From Sedimentisphaerales bacterium (GTDB lineage Bacteria; Planctomycetota; Phycisphaerae; Sedimentisphaerales; Anaerobacaceae), in NCBI GenBank assembly GCA_963708075.1, contig OY970194.1, positions 4,544,001 to 4,608,000 of the forward strand: a DNA stretch of 64,000 nt, written 5' to 3'. Of the stretch, positions 62,479 to 64,000 are shown one piece after another; within the stretch, counting starts at the first letter, position 1; each line of letters opens with the position of its first letter. The notes beneath the pieces were generated by a model. The model saw nothing but the letters and a program-made list of their open reading frames with translations. It had not been told where the DNA came from and made no database searches. The position numbers and the translations under genes are program-made.

Positions 62479-63111
62479 TCACACGAACTTCCGCCACTGC
62501 AGACCCGTCACGCCCAAGCCAAGCATGCCGAGCAGGACAGCCGCCGGCACAGGAACCACGCTCACCTGCACCATGTCCAGTGTCGGCCCGTAGGAGCCCA
62601 ACATCGTTGACATGAACTGCAGGGTCGTCGCATCAGCGTCAGCGGTGAATGTCCATTCGCAAGGCGTCCATCCCATATTCGTAACGGAGTAACCGGTCGT
62701 AACGAAACTGAACGACATGCTCTGCGTGGTATTCCCTATTGCAGAGACATCCATCGTCTTCGTCGCAAGCCCGCCACCCGGATTACCCGCCATATAGAAT
62801 TCGACGAGGTAGGTGGCTCCCGAGATGGTGCTGATAACCTGTTCTACGCCCCCGGGACCCGGGTTGCCGTTCAGGTCCAGAGTGCGCTGGCCGTCGGCAG
62901 TCTGCCAGTATCCGCAAATGTAGTCTACGGCTTTAGTTCCGCCGATGACCGTCCAGTCATCAATGTCCGAGCTATCAGGGCCAAGTGTGTGGATATGCCC
63001 GGGCACCATGCTGACACCTTGCTCAAAGCTGCCGTTCAGCACCAGATCTGCCCGCACCGGCACCGCGATAAACACACACAGAACCGCAATTGACGTGAAC
63101 CTATTCATCAT
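62479..63111 (-). CDS. Choice-of-anchor C / DUF642-like protein with VPVPAA-CTERM sorting signal
   Basis: LVLNGSFEQG, WQTADGQRTLDLNG, FYMAGNP, YGPTLDMV; VPVPAAVLLGMLGLGVTGLQWRKFV. Confidence 0.88.
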   Translation of the reverse strand: MMNRFTSIAVLCVFIAVPVRADLVLNGSFEQGVSMVPGHIHTLGPDSSDIDDWTVIGGTKAVDYICGYWQTADGQRTLDLNGNPGPGGVEQVISTISGATYLVEFYMAGNPGGGLATKTMDVSAIGNTTQSMSFSFVTTGYSVTNMGWTPCEWTFTADADATTLQFMSTMLGSYGPTLDMVQVSVVPVPAAVLLGMLGLGVTGLQWRKFV

Positions 63112-63206
63112 TCATCCCTCTGTTTAGATCGAGAATCCGTCTCTTCAGCAGTAAAGACCTTCCGCTCGATGATCGCTCCCATCCGCGACGGGAGAGATCA
63201 TCTGAT

Positions 63207-63800
63207 TCATGACATGCCGGGAGGTCCGCGCGGGGCGAGGACAGTAGGTGTGCATTGCGATCTTCGCCAAAGGGAGATGATGATCTCCCGGCGGTATTGT
63301 GGTATGGGGTCCTCGGCTGCGCAGTCCGGCTGAACGAGACAGCAGGCCGTCGCATAGCAGAGGCAATCGGGCGAAATGGCGTGGCTGTGTCCAATCTGGA
63401 ATGGCCCGCCGTCGTGGTACCACTGCGGGATGTGACTGAAGGAGAGTCTCTTCACGACGGGAACGGACCGGCACACACCCAGGCCGAGCAAGGCATACAG
63501 GCACAGGCCGAAACTGTCCTGCCCATCCGACTGGATCCGCGCAGACGGCATCTCACCGCCCGGTCCCATACCGCCATGCAGATCAGGCAAGGATTTGACA
63601 GGCAGCGAACCGAGATCCGTAATGCTCAGGCAATCCAAGGGATTCGACAGACCCGTGTCTTGCTGCGTGGTCACGGCACAGGCGTGCGGCTGCCAAGGCT
63701 CGGCATCCGGCGGGGACACCGGCCGCATGTCGGCGCGAACGATCACACCGAGGGTCAGCACCCCGACGACTGCGACGAGAATCTCACTCCGTTGGATCAC
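63207..63800 (-). CDS. Exported single-TM protein ending in an RGPP motif (candidate arrest/leader protein)
   Basis: GGAG RBS and GTG start; signal peptide ...VRA-DM; TM SFGLCLYALLGLGVC; His/Cys-rich tail; ends VLAPRGPPGMS. Confidence 0.7.
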   Translation of the reverse strand: MIQRSEILVAVVGVLTLGVIVRADMRPVSPPDAEPWQPHACAVTTQQDTGLSNPLDCLSITDLGSLPVKSLPDLHGGMGPGGEMPSARIQSDGQDSFGLCLYALLGLGVCRSVPVVKRLSFSHIPQWYHDGGPFQIGHSHAISPDCLCYATACCLVQPDCAAEDPIPQYRREIIISLWRRSQCTPTVLAPRGPPGMS

Positions 63801-63831
63801 CACAGTCACTCCATCCTGGAAACCAGCTTTG

Positions 63832-63860
63832 ACTACACCAGAAATAGTTCCCCGTGTCAA
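63832..63860 (-). promoter_or_regulatory. Sigma-70-type promoter for the RGPP/PEP-CTERM cassette
   Basis: TTGACA-17 bp-TGTAGT. Confidence 0.6.
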
Positions 63861-63955
63861 GCAGAATCCGAGAAGAATCCGGAGATTCGGTTCCCGATTC
63901 TCCTTTACACCGATGCGGTCTGCAGATCCTTGATCCCTCCGTGTCGCCTCTGGTT

Positions 63956-64000
63956 CGGATCAAAGTCAAGCGCCCTGCCGACCTCGAAGCCATCAAGACC
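63956..64000 (+). repeat. Direct-repeat copy of the 3' part of the DUF3788 gene (61666-61710), truncated by the window edge
   Basis: 43/45 nt identical. Confidence 0.9.

Overview
GC-rich bacterial chromosomal window, most consistent with a Planctomycetota (Phycisphaerae/Sedimentisphaerales-like) genome. This is inferred from PQQ-like propellers, dockerin-like tails, a prepilin-type DUF1559-like gene, Tat-exported Gfo/Idh/MocA enzymes and VPxP-CTERM proteins. Left to right it holds: secreted enzymes (PQQ-propeller, CAP protein, GH5-like hydrolase, S8 protease); an MttB plus two-oxidoreductase operon; an ECF-sigma/anti-sigma/CsgG-like operon; a ~20 kb Wzx/Wzy exopolysaccharide locus with acetyl-, carbamoyl-, methyl- and radical-SAM tailoring genes; dnaA with an upstream DnaA-box cluster (candidate oriC); an HNH-AP2 gene and toxin-antitoxin/RAYT relics; an HtrA/PDZ operon, hsp20 and ompA; and an accessory right end. 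The strongest candidates for undescribed biology are at the right end. (1) A secreted C39-peptidase protein carries its own double-glycine leader and a 78-aa Cys/aromatic-rich tail, suggesting a self-processing peptide precursor; it sits beside a pilin-like gene and an ECF sigma whose anti-sigma has four tandem zinc-finger motifs. (2) A PEP-CTERM-like leader protein ends in an RGPP arrest-type motif, followed by a hairpin and two PEP-CTERM-type genes; the cassette lies between two copies of a 45-bp gene-end repeat. About ten genes carry single-base frameshifts, probably assembly errors, so joined gene models are reconstructions made by eye. No rRNA, tRNA or CRISPR array was recognised.
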